64,000 bases of DNA from Eukaryota sp. GEM-RC1 (GCA_040285855.1 JAUFOQ010000005.1:2418001-2482000); one strand, 5' to 3'. Shown: positions 12,414-25,029, counted from the first letter of the stretch. The notes: generated by a model not told the origin, from the sequence alone. Numbers and translations: made by a program.

Positions 12414-14763
12414 AAAAAAGGGGGTTTATGATCAGTCAGTGAAATAGATGCATTTGCAGAAGTTAATAACTAACAGACACTAACTAAAGTATGTAAACTA
12501 TGATCCTTCTGTCCATCACCGAACAACTTACCTAAAATTGAATTAAAATATCTGTGCATTGAACGAAACAACGCAAACGTTAACCTACTCAACCAAAAAT
12601 TTTCATTGAAAACTTTACCATACTCAGCACACAATTTACCAAAGGAAGTTAAAAAACCTTGTGCAGCTGGTCCAATATTACCGTATATCGACATCGCAAA
12701 AGGTTGAAACACAAAAGAATTGTACCTGTAAACATTCAATTGGTTAATTAAGTGGCAGTACTTTGTGTTTTTTCCTTTTCAGTCACTTCAAGAGCAGAAA
12801 AATCATCATTAAAAATTTTGGACATTGATTTTGAATTACAAGGATCAACAATCGTGAAAACAATGATAATTTCCTGACATGCTAACCAAGGACCAATCAA
12901 ATCACCACGACTTCTATCAACTTTTGGCTGATCAGAAAGATTAGCAAGTAAAGGTTCAATTTTTCCATGAAAACCATTAGCCTTAAACATATCCAAACAT
13001 GTATCCCGGATACTGTTGTGAATAATTGATCGAAAATGAATAAATTGATGACAGTTAACTAAATGATGAAAATTTGAAGCCTTTGAACGACCACAAAGAC
13101 ATGGAGAATGCTTCAAAAGACCTGAAGGCCATAAACCTAACCTAAGTCTCATGTTTATAAGCCATTCATGATCCTTAAGATTAAAACAAAATTTTCTTGG
13201 CAAACGAGAAACAAATGAAGACGCAGCGCTTGAAGAAATATCATTCAAAAATGCACAAAAAGCGGGACTCTTAGTCTTAGCCAAGCTAATACGGTTTTTA
13301 AAGTCCAAGCTTTCGTGAAACAAAACAAACTTCTTCTGTAACTTGCGAACACAGAAAGGCAAAGAGAAAATGCTTCTCTGCGGAATTTCTGTTACCCCAA
13401 CAGGAAATAACTCTGACCACAAATTGGAGTCAAGACTATCAATTAATTTTTGAAGACTAATTAACCATGCACAAGGTGAGTGAAGTAAAAAATCTTTCGT
13501 TTTCCATAACACAGGATAACGATTCGGAAATTCAAACAAAAAAATCTTTAGAGACCCCAAAAAGGCACCATCACGCATGTTCTTAGCTTTCGTGAAACCA
13601 ATACCACCAAAAGAAGTAGAAGTGAAACAATGAGAAGGAAGTGAAGAGTCTTTGTTACCAACCAGATAACTAACAAAATTTGTGCGCAATGAATTAAAAT
13701 TACGAGATAATTCGAGAGTTAGTTTAGGCGGTAAACCACGTAAAAAGTGATTAATTTTACCACCAAAACAAACTTGCAGCATAGCAAAAGAAACTTGTTT
13801 GCCTACATCCAGATCAACGATTTGGTTAAGCTGCTGAAAGATACAATTATTCTTATGTGATAAAGTCTCCTTAATTTTGTCATCATTACCAATATAATTG
13901 CCCAAAAACTTGACACATTCATCTGAATAATTGACAAACGGAATGGAAGATTCCCCAAAATTCAAATCAACTGAAGAACGTTTAATGACAAGACATTTTT
14001 GAAAATTAAATGACAAACCAATACTTGAAGACAATTCAACAAAACGAGGAAAACTCGATTTAATGACTTCCAAAGGGCCAACCAAAGAGGTATCATCAGC
14101 ATACGAGTTCAACCTTAATCCTGGGAATTCGCTTGAGAATTTGCGAAGAATTCTTTGCAACGGCAAATAGAAAAGAAAAGGGCCCAAAGGATCACCTTGC
14201 TTCACACCACGAGTGGATGAAATTGTATGTTCGTGAAAAATTAATGAAGATGAATGACCATACATAATTTCAAAATAGGACAGTAATTCAGGAAAATGAT
14301 CTAACAGTTCCAAGTAGACCTGTGACCGATAAACACGATTGAACGCATTTTTGTAATCAACGTTCAATACATGATTTTCTGCATTTGAATTTAAAAAGAT
14401 GTCAGTCATCAAACTAGCACTTATTGTACCATCTACAATTCCAATGCAAAACTGAAAAGGTCTGAAATATTCCACAGCCTTCCTTTTCACCCTATCAAAA
14501 CAAATAGAAGAAAATAATCTACTCACACATTCGCCAATTGCAATTGGTCGAACACCATTACACGGTTTAGATACAGCTACTAAACGACTATTTTTCAACG
14601 CAAGAGGAAATTTGTGTGGTTGTGAACAAATCAAATTGAAAAAGTATGCGAGGTCTTCAGCAACCTCAGGAGCATGTGTAACAGCAATTTTAAGATGGTC
14701 AAAGCTAAGACCCGATGGTCCAGCTGCTTTACCACTTTTAGCATTAGAAATGGCTTTCATAAT
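12414..14763 (-). mobile_element. Non-LTR retroelement copy 4 (most intact)
   Basis: 670 aa ORF 12748-14760; one homopolymer indel near 12775; TCAGAGATAT at 12404-12413 and 14764-14773. Confidence 0.95.
12470..14760 (-). CDS. Reverse transcriptase + zinc knuckle + restriction-like endonuclease, ~763 aa after correcting one homopolymer indel
   Basis: Copy 4 is open from the Met to ~12775; copy 6 (18815-19906) is open across that site to the stop; YADD intact. Confidence 0.85.
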
Positions 14764-16123
14764 TCAGAGATATTGACAAGATCTGAATGTAGTCAGCTCA
14801 AATGTACTCAGTTCAAGCAACAATACGGTCAGCAACATCTTGATTTAATAGTTGACAAGAACATGTTGCCTCTATTGCAAGTGTCGCATAAACCATAACT
14901 AAACTGATCACAATATCTGTACAAATTGGAGCTTGGTGTTGATGTCTAGAATCAGAAATTAATTTGAGTAATGAATCTGATCTGTAGAATAGCTGAAGTC
15001 AGACTGGCCATTGAATTTGAATACAATAAATATACTCAGAGATATTGATAAGATCTGAATGTAGTCAGCTCAAATGTACTCAGTTCAAGCAACAACACGG
15101 TCAGCAACATCTTGATTTAATAGTTGACAAGAACATGTTCCCTCTATTGCAAGTGTCGCTTAAACCATAACTAAGCTGATCACAATATCTGTACAAATTG
15201 GAGCTTGGTGTTGATGTCTAGAATCAGAAATTAATTTGAGTAATGAATCTGATCTGTAGAATAGCTGAAGTGAGACCGCCCAATGAATTTGAATACAGTA
15301 TAAAATATATGTGTTTGAATGTGCTTGAATGGAATTGTTTTTGATTTATTGATGCCAAACTACGAGTCGTAGAGAAGTAATGTTACTGTTTGCGAAATGT
15401 TGGAAACGAATAATTAAAAGGAATTCCACGCAGTGACAAACAGTTCATGTGTGACATTAATCAAAATTCAATCACTCCCTATACACGACAGACATCGTTT
15501 CAGGTACAGTTACAAAACAACATTAGTTGCAAGTTAAATAGTGAACTGGAAGGACATGACCAGAATATTGGGTGTTGCTTTTATTGATAAGATCTGAATG
15601 TCAGCTCAAATGTAGTCAGTTCAAGCAACAATACGGTCAGCAACATCATGATTTAATAGTTGACAAGAACATGTTCCCTCTATTGCAAGTGTCGCATAAA
15701 CCATAACTAAACTGATCACAATATCTGTACAAATTGGAGCTTGGTGTTGATGTCTAGAATCAGAAATTAATTTGAGCAATGAATCTGATCTGTAGAATAG
15801 CTGAAGTCAGACTGACCATTGAATTTGAATACAATAAATTTACTCAGAGATATTGATAAGATCTGAATGTCAGCTCAAATGTACTCAGTTCAAGCAACAA
15901 TACGGTCAGCAACATCATGATTTAATAGTTGACAAGAACATGTTCCCTCTATTGCAAGTGTCGCTTAAACCATAACTAAGCTGATCACAATATCTGTACA
16001 AATTGGAGCTTGGTGTTGATGTCTAGAATCAGAAATCAATTTGAGTAATGAATCTGATCTGTAGAATAGCTGAAGTGAGACTAACCATTGAATTTGAATA
16101 CAATCAAAATTACTCAGAGATAT
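14764..16123. repeat. 272 bp satellite: 2 monomers + insert + 2 monomers
   Basis: Monomer sequence interrupted at ~15298-15581. Confidence 0.95.
15298..15581. repeat. ~285 bp non-monomer segment (2 of 3)
   Basis: Matches 11857-12140. Confidence 0.9.
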
Positions 16124-18475
16124 AAAAAAGGGGGTTTATGATCAGTCAGTGAAATAGATGCATTTGCAGAAGTTAATAACTAACAGACACTAACTAAAGT
16201 ATGTAAACTATGATCCTTCTGTCCATCACCGAACAACTTACCTAAAATTGAATTAAAATATCTGTGCATTGAACGAAACAACGCAAACGTTAACCTACTC
16301 AACCAAAAATTTTCATTGAAAACTTTACCATACTCAGCACACAATTTACCAAAGGAAGTTAAAAAACCTTGTGCAGCTGGTCCAATATTACCGTATATCG
16401 ACATCGCAAAAGGTTGAAACACAAAAGAATTGTACCTGTAAACATTTAATTGGTTAATTAAGTGGCAGTACTTTGTGTTTTTTCCTTTTCAGTCACTTCA
16501 AGAGCAGAAAAATCATCATTAAAAATTTTGGACATTGATTTTGAATTACAAGGATCAACAATCGTGAAAACAATGATAATTTCCTGACATGCTAACCAAG
16601 GACCAATCAAATCACCACGACTTCTATCAACTTTTGGCTGATCAGAAAGATTAGCAAGTAAAGGTTCAATTTTTCCATGAAAACCATTAGCCTTAAACAT
16701 ATCCAAACATGTATCCCGGATACTGTTGTGAATAATTGATCGAAAATGAATAAATTGATGACAGTTAACTAAATGATGAAAATTTGAAGCCTTTGAACGA
16801 CCACAAAGACATGGAGAATGCTTCAAAAGACCTGAAGGCCATAAACCTAACCTAAGTCTCATGTTTATAAGCCATTCATGATCCTTAAGATTAAAACAAA
16901 ATTTTCTTGGCAAACGAGAAACAAATGAAGACGCAGCGCTTGAAGAAATATCATTCAAAAATGCACAAAAAGCGGGACTCTTAGTCTTAGCCAAGCTAAT
17001 ACGGTTTTTAAAGTCCAAGCTTTCGTGAAACAAAACAAACTTCTTCTGTAACTTGCGAACACAGAAAGGCAAAGAGAAAATGCTTCTCTGCGGAATTTCT
17101 GTTACCCCAACAGGAAATAACTCTGACCACAAATTGGAGTCAAGACTATCAATTAATTTTTGAAGACTAATTAACCATGCACAAGGTGAGTGAAGTAAAA
17201 AATCTTTCGTTTTCCATAACACAGGATAACGATTCGGAAATTCAAACAAAAAAATCTTTAGAGACCCCAAAAAGGCACCATCACGCATGTTCTTAGCTTT
17301 CGTGAAACCAATACCACCAAAAAGAAGTAGAAGTGAAACAATGAGAAGGAAGTGAAGAGTCTTTGTTACCAACCAGATAACTAACAAAATTTGTGCGCAA
17401 TGAATTAAAATTACGAGATAATTCGAGAGTTAGTTTAGGCGGTAAACCACGTAAAAAGTGATTAATTTTACCACCAAAACAAACTTGCAGCATAGCAAAA
17501 GAAACTTGTTTGCCTACATCCAGATCAACGATTTGGTTAAGCTGCTGAAAGATACAATTATTCTTATGTGATAAAGTCTCCTTAATTTTGTCATCATTAC
17601 CAATATAATTGCCCAAAAACTTGACACATTCATCTGAATAATTGACAAACGGAATGGAAGATTCCCCAAAATTCAAATCAACTGAAGAACGTTTAATGAC
17701 AAGACATTTTTGAAAATTAAATGACAAACCAATACTTGAAGACAATTCAACAAAACGAGGAAAACTCGATTTAATGACTTCCAAAGGGCCAACCAAAGAG
17801 GTATCATCAGCATACGAGTTCAACCTTAATCCTGGGAATTCGCTTGAGAATTTGCGAAGAATTCTTTGCAACGGCAAATAGAAAAGAAAAAGGGCCCAAA
17901 GGATCACCTTGCTTCACACCACGAGTGGATGAAATTGTATGTTCGTGAAAAATTAATGAAGATGAATGACCATACATAATTTCAAAATAGGACAGTAATT
18001 CAGGAAAATGATCTAACAGTTCCAAGTAGACCTGTGACCGATAAACACGATTGAACGCATTTTTGTAATCAACGTTCAATACATGATTTTCTGCATTTGA
18101 ATTTAAAAAGATGTCAGTCATCAAACTAGCACTTATTGTACCATCTACAATTCCAATGCAAAACTGAAAAGGTCTGAAATATTCCACAGCCTTCCTTTTC
18201 ACCCTATCAAAACAAATAGAAGAAAATAATCTACTCACACATTCGCCAATTGCAATTGGTCGAACACCATTACACGGTTTAGATACAGCTACTAAACGAC
18301 TATTTTTCAACGCAAGAGGAAATTTGTGTGGTTGTGAACAAATCAAATTGAAAAAGTATGCGAGGTCTTCAGCAACCTCAGGAGCATGTGTAACAGCAAT
18401 TTTAAGATGGTCAAAGCTAAGACCCGATGGTCCAGCTGCTTTACCACTTTTAGCATTAGAAATGGCTTTCATAAT
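16124..18475 (-). mobile_element. Non-LTR retroelement copy 5
   Basis: Same sequence type as copy 4, breaks only at A/T runs; TCAGAGATAT at 16114-16123 and 18476-18485. Confidence 0.93.
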
Positions 18476-18758
18476 TCAGAGATATTGACAAGATCTGAAT
18501 GTAGTCAGCTCAAATGTACTCAGTTCAAGCAACAATACGGTCAGCAACATCATGATTTAATAGTTGACAAGAACATGTTCCCTCTATTGCAAGTGTCGCT
18601 TAAACCATAACTAAGCTGATCACAATATCTGTACAAATTGGAGCTTGGTGTTGATGTCTAGAATCAGAAATCAATTTGAGTAATGAATCTGATCTGTAGA
18701 ATAGCTGAAGTGAGACTAACCATTGAATTTGAATACAATCAAAATTACTCAGAGATAT
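18476..18758. repeat. 272 bp satellite, single monomer
   Basis: One unit between two TCAGAGATAT sites. Confidence 0.95.
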
Positions 18759-21110
18759 AAAAAAGGGGGTTTATGATCAGTCAGTGAAATAGATGCATTT
18801 GCAGAAGTTAATAACTAACAGACACTAACTAAAGTATGTAAACTATGATCCTTCTGTCCATCACCGAACAACTTACCTAAAATTGAATTAAAATATCTGT
18901 GCATTGAACGAAACAACGCAAACGTTAACCTACTCAACCAAAAATTTTCATTGAAAACTTTACCATACTCAGCACACAATTTACCAAAGGAAGTTAAAAA
19001 ACCTTGTGCAGCTGGTCCAATATTACCGTATATCGACATCGCAAAAGGTTGAAACACAAAAGAATTGTACCTGTAAACATTCAATTGGTTAATTAAGTGG
19101 CAGTACTTTGTGTTTTTTCCTTTTTCAGTCACTTCAAGAGCAGAAAAATCATCATTAAAAATTTTGGACATTGATTTTGAATTACAAGGATCAACAATCG
19201 TGAAAACAATGATAATTTCCTGACATGCTAACCAAGGACCAATCAAATCACCACGACTTCTATCAACTTTTGGCTGATCAGAAAGATTAGCAAGTAAAGG
19301 TTCAATTTTTCCATGAAAACCATTAGCCTTAAACATATCCAAACATGTATCCCGGATACTGTTGTGAATAATTGATCGAAAATGAATAAATTGATGACAG
19401 TTAACTAAATGATGAAAATTTGAAGCCTTTGAACGACCACAAAGACATGGAGAATGCTTCAAAAGACCTGAAGGCCATAAACCTAACCTAAGTCTCATGT
19501 TTATAAGCCATTCATGATCCTTAAGATTAAAACAAAATTTTCTTGGCAAACGAGAAACAAATGAAGACGCAGCGCTTGAAGAAATATCATTCAAAAATGC
19601 ACAAAAAGCGGGACTCTTAGTCTTAGCCAAGCTAATACGGTTTTTAAAGTCCAAGCTTTCGTGAAACAAAACAAACTTCTTCTGTAACTTGCGAACACAG
19701 AAAGGCAAAGAGAAAATGCTTCTCTGCGGAATTTCTGTTACCCCAACAGGAAATAACTCTGACCACAAATTGGAGTCAAGACTATCAATTAATTTTTGAA
19801 GACTAATTAACCATGCACAAGGTGAGTGAAGTAAAAAATCTTTCGTTTTCCATAACACAGGATAACGATTCGGAAATTCAAACAAAAAAATCTTTAGAGA
19901 CCCCAAAAGGCACCATCACGCATGTTCTTAGCTTTCGTGAAACCAATACCACCAAAAGAAGTAGAAGTGAAACAATGAGAAGGAAGTGAAGAGTCTTTGT
20001 TACCAACCAGATAACTAACAAAATTTGTGCGCAATGAATTAAAATTACGAGATAATTCGAGAGTTAGTTTAGGCGGTAAACCACGTAAAAAGTGATTAAT
20101 TTTACCACCAAAACAAACTTGCAGCATAGCAAAAGAAACTTGTTTGCCTACATCCAGATCAACGATTTGGTTAAGCTGCTGAAAGATACAATTATTCTTA
20201 TGTGATAAAGTCTCCTTAATTTTGTCATCATTACCAATATAATTGCCCAAAAACTTGACACATTCATCTGAATAATTGACAAACGGAATGGAAGATTCCC
20301 CAAAATTCAAATCAACTGAAGAACGTTTAATGACAAGACATTTTTGAAAATTAAATGACAAACCAATACTTGAAGACAATTCAACAAAACGAGGAAAACT
20401 CGATTTAATGACTTCCAAAGGGCCAACCAAAGAGGTATCATCAGCATACGAGTTCAACCTTAATCCTGGGAATTCGCTTGAGAATTTGCGAAGAATTCTT
20501 TGCAACGGCAAATAGAAAAGAAAAAGGGCCCAAAGGATCACCTTGCTTCACACCACGAGTGGATGAAATTGTATGTTCGTGAAAAATTAATGAAGATGAA
20601 TGACCATACATAATTTCAAAATAGGACAGTAATTCAGGAAAATGATCTAACAGTTCCAAGTAGACCTGTGACCGATAAACACGATTGAACGCATTTTTGT
20701 AATCAACGTTCAATACATGATTTTCTGCATTTGAATTTAAAAAGATGTCAGTCATCAAACTAGCACTTATTGTACCATCTACAATTCCAATGCAAAACTG
20801 AAAAGGTCTGAAATATTCCACAGCCTTCCTTTTCACCCCTATCAAAACAAATAGAAGAAAATAATCTACTCACACATTCGCCAATTGCAATTGGTCGAAC
20901 ACCATTACACGGTTTAGATACAGCTACTAAACGACTATTTTTCAACGCAAGAGGAAATTTGTGTGGTTGTGAACAAATCAAATTGAAAAAGTATGCGAGG
21001 TCTTCAGCAACCTCAGGAGCATGTGTAACAGCAATTTTAAGATGGTCAAAGCTAAGACCCGATGGTCCAGCTGCTTTACCACTTTTAGCATTAGAAATGG
21101 CTTTCATAAT
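18759..21110 (-). mobile_element. Non-LTR retroelement copy 6
   Basis: 363 aa open C-terminal ORF; breaks only at homopolymers; TCAGAGATAT at 18749-18758 and 21111-21120. Confidence 0.93.
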
Positions 21111-22476
21111 TCAGAGATATTGACAAGATCTGAATGTAGTCAGCTCAAATGTACTCAGTTCAAGCAACAATACGGTCAGCAACATCTTGATTTAATAGTT
21201 GACAAGAACATGTTGCCTCTATTACAAGTGTCGCTTAAACCATAACTAAGCTGATCACAATATCTGTACAAATTGGAGCTTGGTGTTGATGTCTAGAATC
21301 AGAAATTAATTTGAGTAATGAATCTGAACTGTAGAATAGCTGAAGTCAGACTGACCATTGAATTTGAATACAATAAATATACTCAGAGATATTGATAAGA
21401 TCTGAATGTAGTCAGCTCAAATGTACTCAGTTCAAGCAACAATACGGTCAGCAACATCTTGATTTAATAGTTGACAAGAACATGTTTCCTCTATTACAAG
21501 TGTAGCTTAAACCATAACTAAGCTGATCACAATATCTGTACAAATTGGAGCTTGGTGTTGATGTCTAGAATCAGAAATTAATTTGAGTAATGAATCTGAT
21601 CTTTAGAATAGCTGAAGTGAGACCGCCCAATGAATTTGAATACAGTATAAAACATATGTGTTTCGATAAGCAGCTTGAATGGAATTGTTTTTGATTTATT
21701 GATGCCAAACTACGAGTCGTAGAGAAGTAATGTTACTGTTTGCGAAATGTTGGAAACGAATAATTAAAAGGAATTCCACGCAGTGACAAACAGTTCATGT
21801 GTGACATTAATCAAAATTCAATCACTCCCTATACACGACAGACATCGTTTCAGGTACAGTTACAAAACAACATTAGTTGCAAGTTAAATAGTGAACTGGA
21901 AGGACATGACCAGAATATTGGGTGTTGCTTTTATTGATAAGATCTGAATGTCAGCTCAAATGTAGTCAGTTCAAGCAACAATACGGTCAGCAACATCATG
22001 ATTTAATAGTTGACAAGAACATGTTCCCTCTATTGCAAGTGTCGCATAAACCATAACTAAACTGATCACAATATCTGTACAAATTGGAGCTTGGTGTTGA
22101 TGTCTAGAATCAGAAATTAATTTGAGCAATGAATCTGATCTGTAGAATAGCTGAAGTCAGACTGACCATTGAATTTGAATACAATAAATTTACTCAGAGA
22201 TATTGATAAGATCTGAATGTAGTCAGCTCAAATGTACTCAGTTCAAGCAACAATACGGTCAGCAACATCATGATTTAATAGTTGACAAGAACATGTTCCC
22301 TCTATTGCAAGTGTCGCTTAAACCATAACTAAGCTGATCACAATATCTGTACAAATTGGAGCTTGGTGTTGATGTCTAGAATCAGAAATCAATTTGAGTA
22401 ATGAATCTGATCTGTAGAATAGCTGAAGTGAGACTAACCATTGAATTTGAATACAATCAAAATTACTCAGAGATAT
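21111..22476. repeat. 272 bp satellite: 2 monomers + insert + 2 monomers
   Basis: Monomer sequence interrupted at ~21645-21931. Confidence 0.95.
21645..21931. repeat. ~285 bp non-monomer segment (3 of 3, slightly divergent left end)
   Basis: Matches the other two except GTTTCGATAAGCAGC near 21660. Confidence 0.9.
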
Positions 22477-22728
22477 AAAAAAGGGGGTTTATGATCAGTC
22501 AGTGAAATAGATGCATTTGCAGAAGTTAATAACTAACAGACACTAACTAAAGTATCTAAACTATGATCCTTCTGTCCATCACCGAACAACTTACCTAAAA
22601 TTGAATTAAAATATCTGTGCATTGAACGAAACAACACAAACGTTAACCTACTCAACCAAAAATTTTCATTGAAAACTTTACCATACTCAGCACACAATTT
22701 ACCAAAGGAAGTTAAAAAACCTTGTGCA
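22477..22728 (-). mobile_element. 3' terminal fragment of the retroelement (copy 7), cut at the junction with virus-like DNA
   Basis: Identity to the element stops at CCTTGTGCA (22728); no second TCAGAGATAT. Confidence 0.92.
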
Positions 22729-22772
22729 ACAGACATTTTTTTTTGTTTCATGTTAATCTTTATGTTGGATCA

Positions 22773-23069
22773 TTAATTAATATAATTCCATATTTAGATT
22801 GCAAATATCCTGGAACTGCTGTATACATTTTATTATTTCTTGTATAAATTTTTATAGGTTCAAATGATTGTCCATCTTTTCACCTCTACTTAAATCTCTA
22901 AATTCTTTTGATGTACAATAATTTCCTTTATGTTTCATTAAAGGTTCTCCTCCAACATTTATACTATAAACATAATAATTATTTTCCTTGAAATAATTAA
23001 AAGAACATAAAATAGAAAAAGTCCTGCTGTTAATAATATCAATGTTCCTATTATTCCATAAACTGACAT
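22773..23069 (-). pseudogene. Hypothetical protein with N-terminal hydrophobic anchor, frameshifted
   Basis: ATG 23069: MSVYGIIGTLILLTAGLFLFYVLLII; 3' end approximate. Confidence 0.35.
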
Positions 23070-23097
23070 TTTAAATATAAAAAAATAAATTTTATAT

Positions 23098-23499
23098 CTA
23101 AACTATTTGTAATACATTTAAATCTCCACGTTTTTCAATAACTCTAAATCCATTTCGTTGATAGAAATTAACCAATGAATCTTTACAAGTTAAATTTAAA
23201 TTTTTAATTCTTCGTTTAGCAAAATTTAAAATTGTCGTAGCATAACCTTGATTTCTATAATTAGGTTCTACTGCTAAACAACATAGATATCCAGATTTTA
23301 TATCAACTAAAGCACAACCAATCATATCTTTTGTGACATCGCAAGAAATCATATCCTTTATACCTATTGCAATCCACACACCATCGTTTTTGATTATACT
23401 TTTATAAACTCTATTTCTCCATTGACAATTATCACTTCCAAATATTTCTTGAATTAAATCTTCAATTTTTATTAAATCGTGAATATGTGTCCTAATCAT
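23098..23499 (-). CDS. GNAT-family N-acetyltransferase
   Basis: LAVEPNYRNQGYA acetyl-CoA motif A and FYQRNGF. Confidence 0.85.
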   Translation of the reverse strand: MIRTHIHDLIKIEDLIQEIFGSDNCQWRNRVYKSIIKNDGVWIAIGIKDMISCDVTKDMIGCALVDIKSGYLCCLAVEPNYRNQGYATTILNFAKRRIKNLNLTCKDSLVNFYQRNGFRVIEKRGDLNVLQIV

Positions 23500-23577
23500 T
23501 TTTTATGTTAAAGATATTACTTTATTGATTTATCTATTGAATTGAATTTGATTAAAGATATTAATTTTTAAATCTAA

Positions 23578-24420
23578 ATGAACAAGGCACCAGTGTTAAA
23601 TACGAAATTAATAGATATATTTTTTAGGAAGATGTCTGAAGAACATGAGATAGATCTAAATAACAAAGAAGTAATGTGTTTTCTATATGGAAAGAATAAT
23701 GTTGTGAATACAATCATTGTACCTGAACAAGATAATGATATACATCATAGGGTTATACATATTGAATCAAGATTCGGTGACAATAGATCTTTAGTTGATG
23801 AAGAAATTCGCAATATATTACAACTGGATTTTATTGGTTGGTTACACACCCATCCAAACACATCGGCATCAATATCAATTATTGACGTACAAAATCATGA
23901 ATCATTTAAAATAGGATCGAGCGACTATGAGAGACGTAGTGTAACATTTAGAACAACTTTTACTGGCGAACATTATGCATTTATATATGCCTTTACTAAT
24001 GAGAATCCATATCAATTAAATAAATCAAGTACGCAATATGAACACAAATGTTATATTTCCGAATCAAAATATCGAGACTTAATTTGGATAAGTTATGATT
24101 TAAATAGATTATATAAAATAGATGTTCAGCCAGGGGCTGAGATTGGTGTATTGAAACTTAGAAATGATGAGGAGGAAATGGATGAATTACAAAAAAAAGC
24201 TCATGATATTTTGGTAAGCGAAGGTGTAATAAGATTAAACGATTATGTACTTAACTTTGAATTGACGAGTAATAGCATGAGTTTATACTATTTAGAGGGT
24301 GGACCAGTTGCAATCGAGATAGAACAACTTGCACGAGAAATATACTTTGAGGAGTATTTGGAAAATTGTTTTAATTTTATAGATATATCTAAGGGAGAAC
24401 ATTTTATATCATGGACGTGA
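23578..24420 (+). CDS. JAB1/MPN (JAMM) metallo-isopeptidase-like protein
   Basis: EVMCFLYG ... IGWLHTHPNTSASISIID fits E..HxH.x7.S..D. Confidence 0.8.
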   Translation: MNKAPVLNTKLIDIFFRKMSEEHEIDLNNKEVMCFLYGKNNVVNTIIVPEQDNDIHHRVIHIESRFGDNRSLVDEEIRNILQLDFIGWLHTHPNTSASISIIDVQNHESFKIGSSDYERRSVTFRTTFTGEHYAFIYAFTNENPYQLNKSSTQYEHKCYISESKYRDLIWISYDLNRLYKIDVQPGAEIGVLKLRNDEEEMDELQKKAHDILVSEGVIRLNDYVLNFELTSNSMSLYYLEGGPVAIEIEQLAREIYFEEYLENCFNFIDISKGEHFISWT

Positions 24421-24604
24421 TACAAACTTAAATCCTTACATCTTAAGGATGAATAAACTTCATGGTGATGGTAGTTTGGTAATGGTTAGTACCAAAAATC
24501 TAAATGTATTTGATGCTGTTTCTCGTAATTTAATTGTAAACTTTAGATAAAAAAAAATCTTATTTTTTGTAGAAAAGTGAAAGGGCTTATTTTAATAATT
24601 AAAA

Positions 24605-25027
24605 ATGAATGAATATTTTCGCGATATATTTGATAATCCATTGTCAAATGAATTTTTGATATTTGGACGTGAAGAGAATGGTAATGATATATTACATACT
24701 ATAGTATCAATACAAAATAGAGACAGATTTGATGATATAAAAAGATATATAAAGTTATTTGGCTTGGAATTTTCTATCCATGTACAAAAATCAGATAATT
24801 TCAAGTTGAATGTGTTAATGATAAACGAAAATATTAAAATGTATAATATATTTGGATCAGAAGGGGGTGCGATTTATTCAAATGGAGTCTTCAAACCATA
24901 TAGCTTGAATATAGATCAGATTGGGGACATTAATCGTCGTCCAGGAGTTGGTCAGATAATATTTCGTTGTATATACATAGCTGAATTTGATTTCCCTAAT
25001 ATTATTCCAAATTCAATTATAATATAA
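24605..25027 (+). CDS. Hypothetical protein
   Basis: 140 aa ORF with AAAATG start context. Confidence 0.55.
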   Translation: MNEYFRDIFDNPLSNEFLIFGREENGNDILHTIVSIQNRDRFDDIKRYIKLFGLEFSIHVQKSDNFKLNVLMINENIKMYNIFGSEGGAIYSNGVFKPYSLNIDQIGDINRRPGVGQIIFRCIYIAEFDFPNIIPNSIII

Positions 25028-25029
25028 AT

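Noticed and set aside
22533..22751. 72 aa ORF as a real gene
   Set aside because: Chimera across the junction: a few codons of AT-rich DNA fused to the element C-terminus
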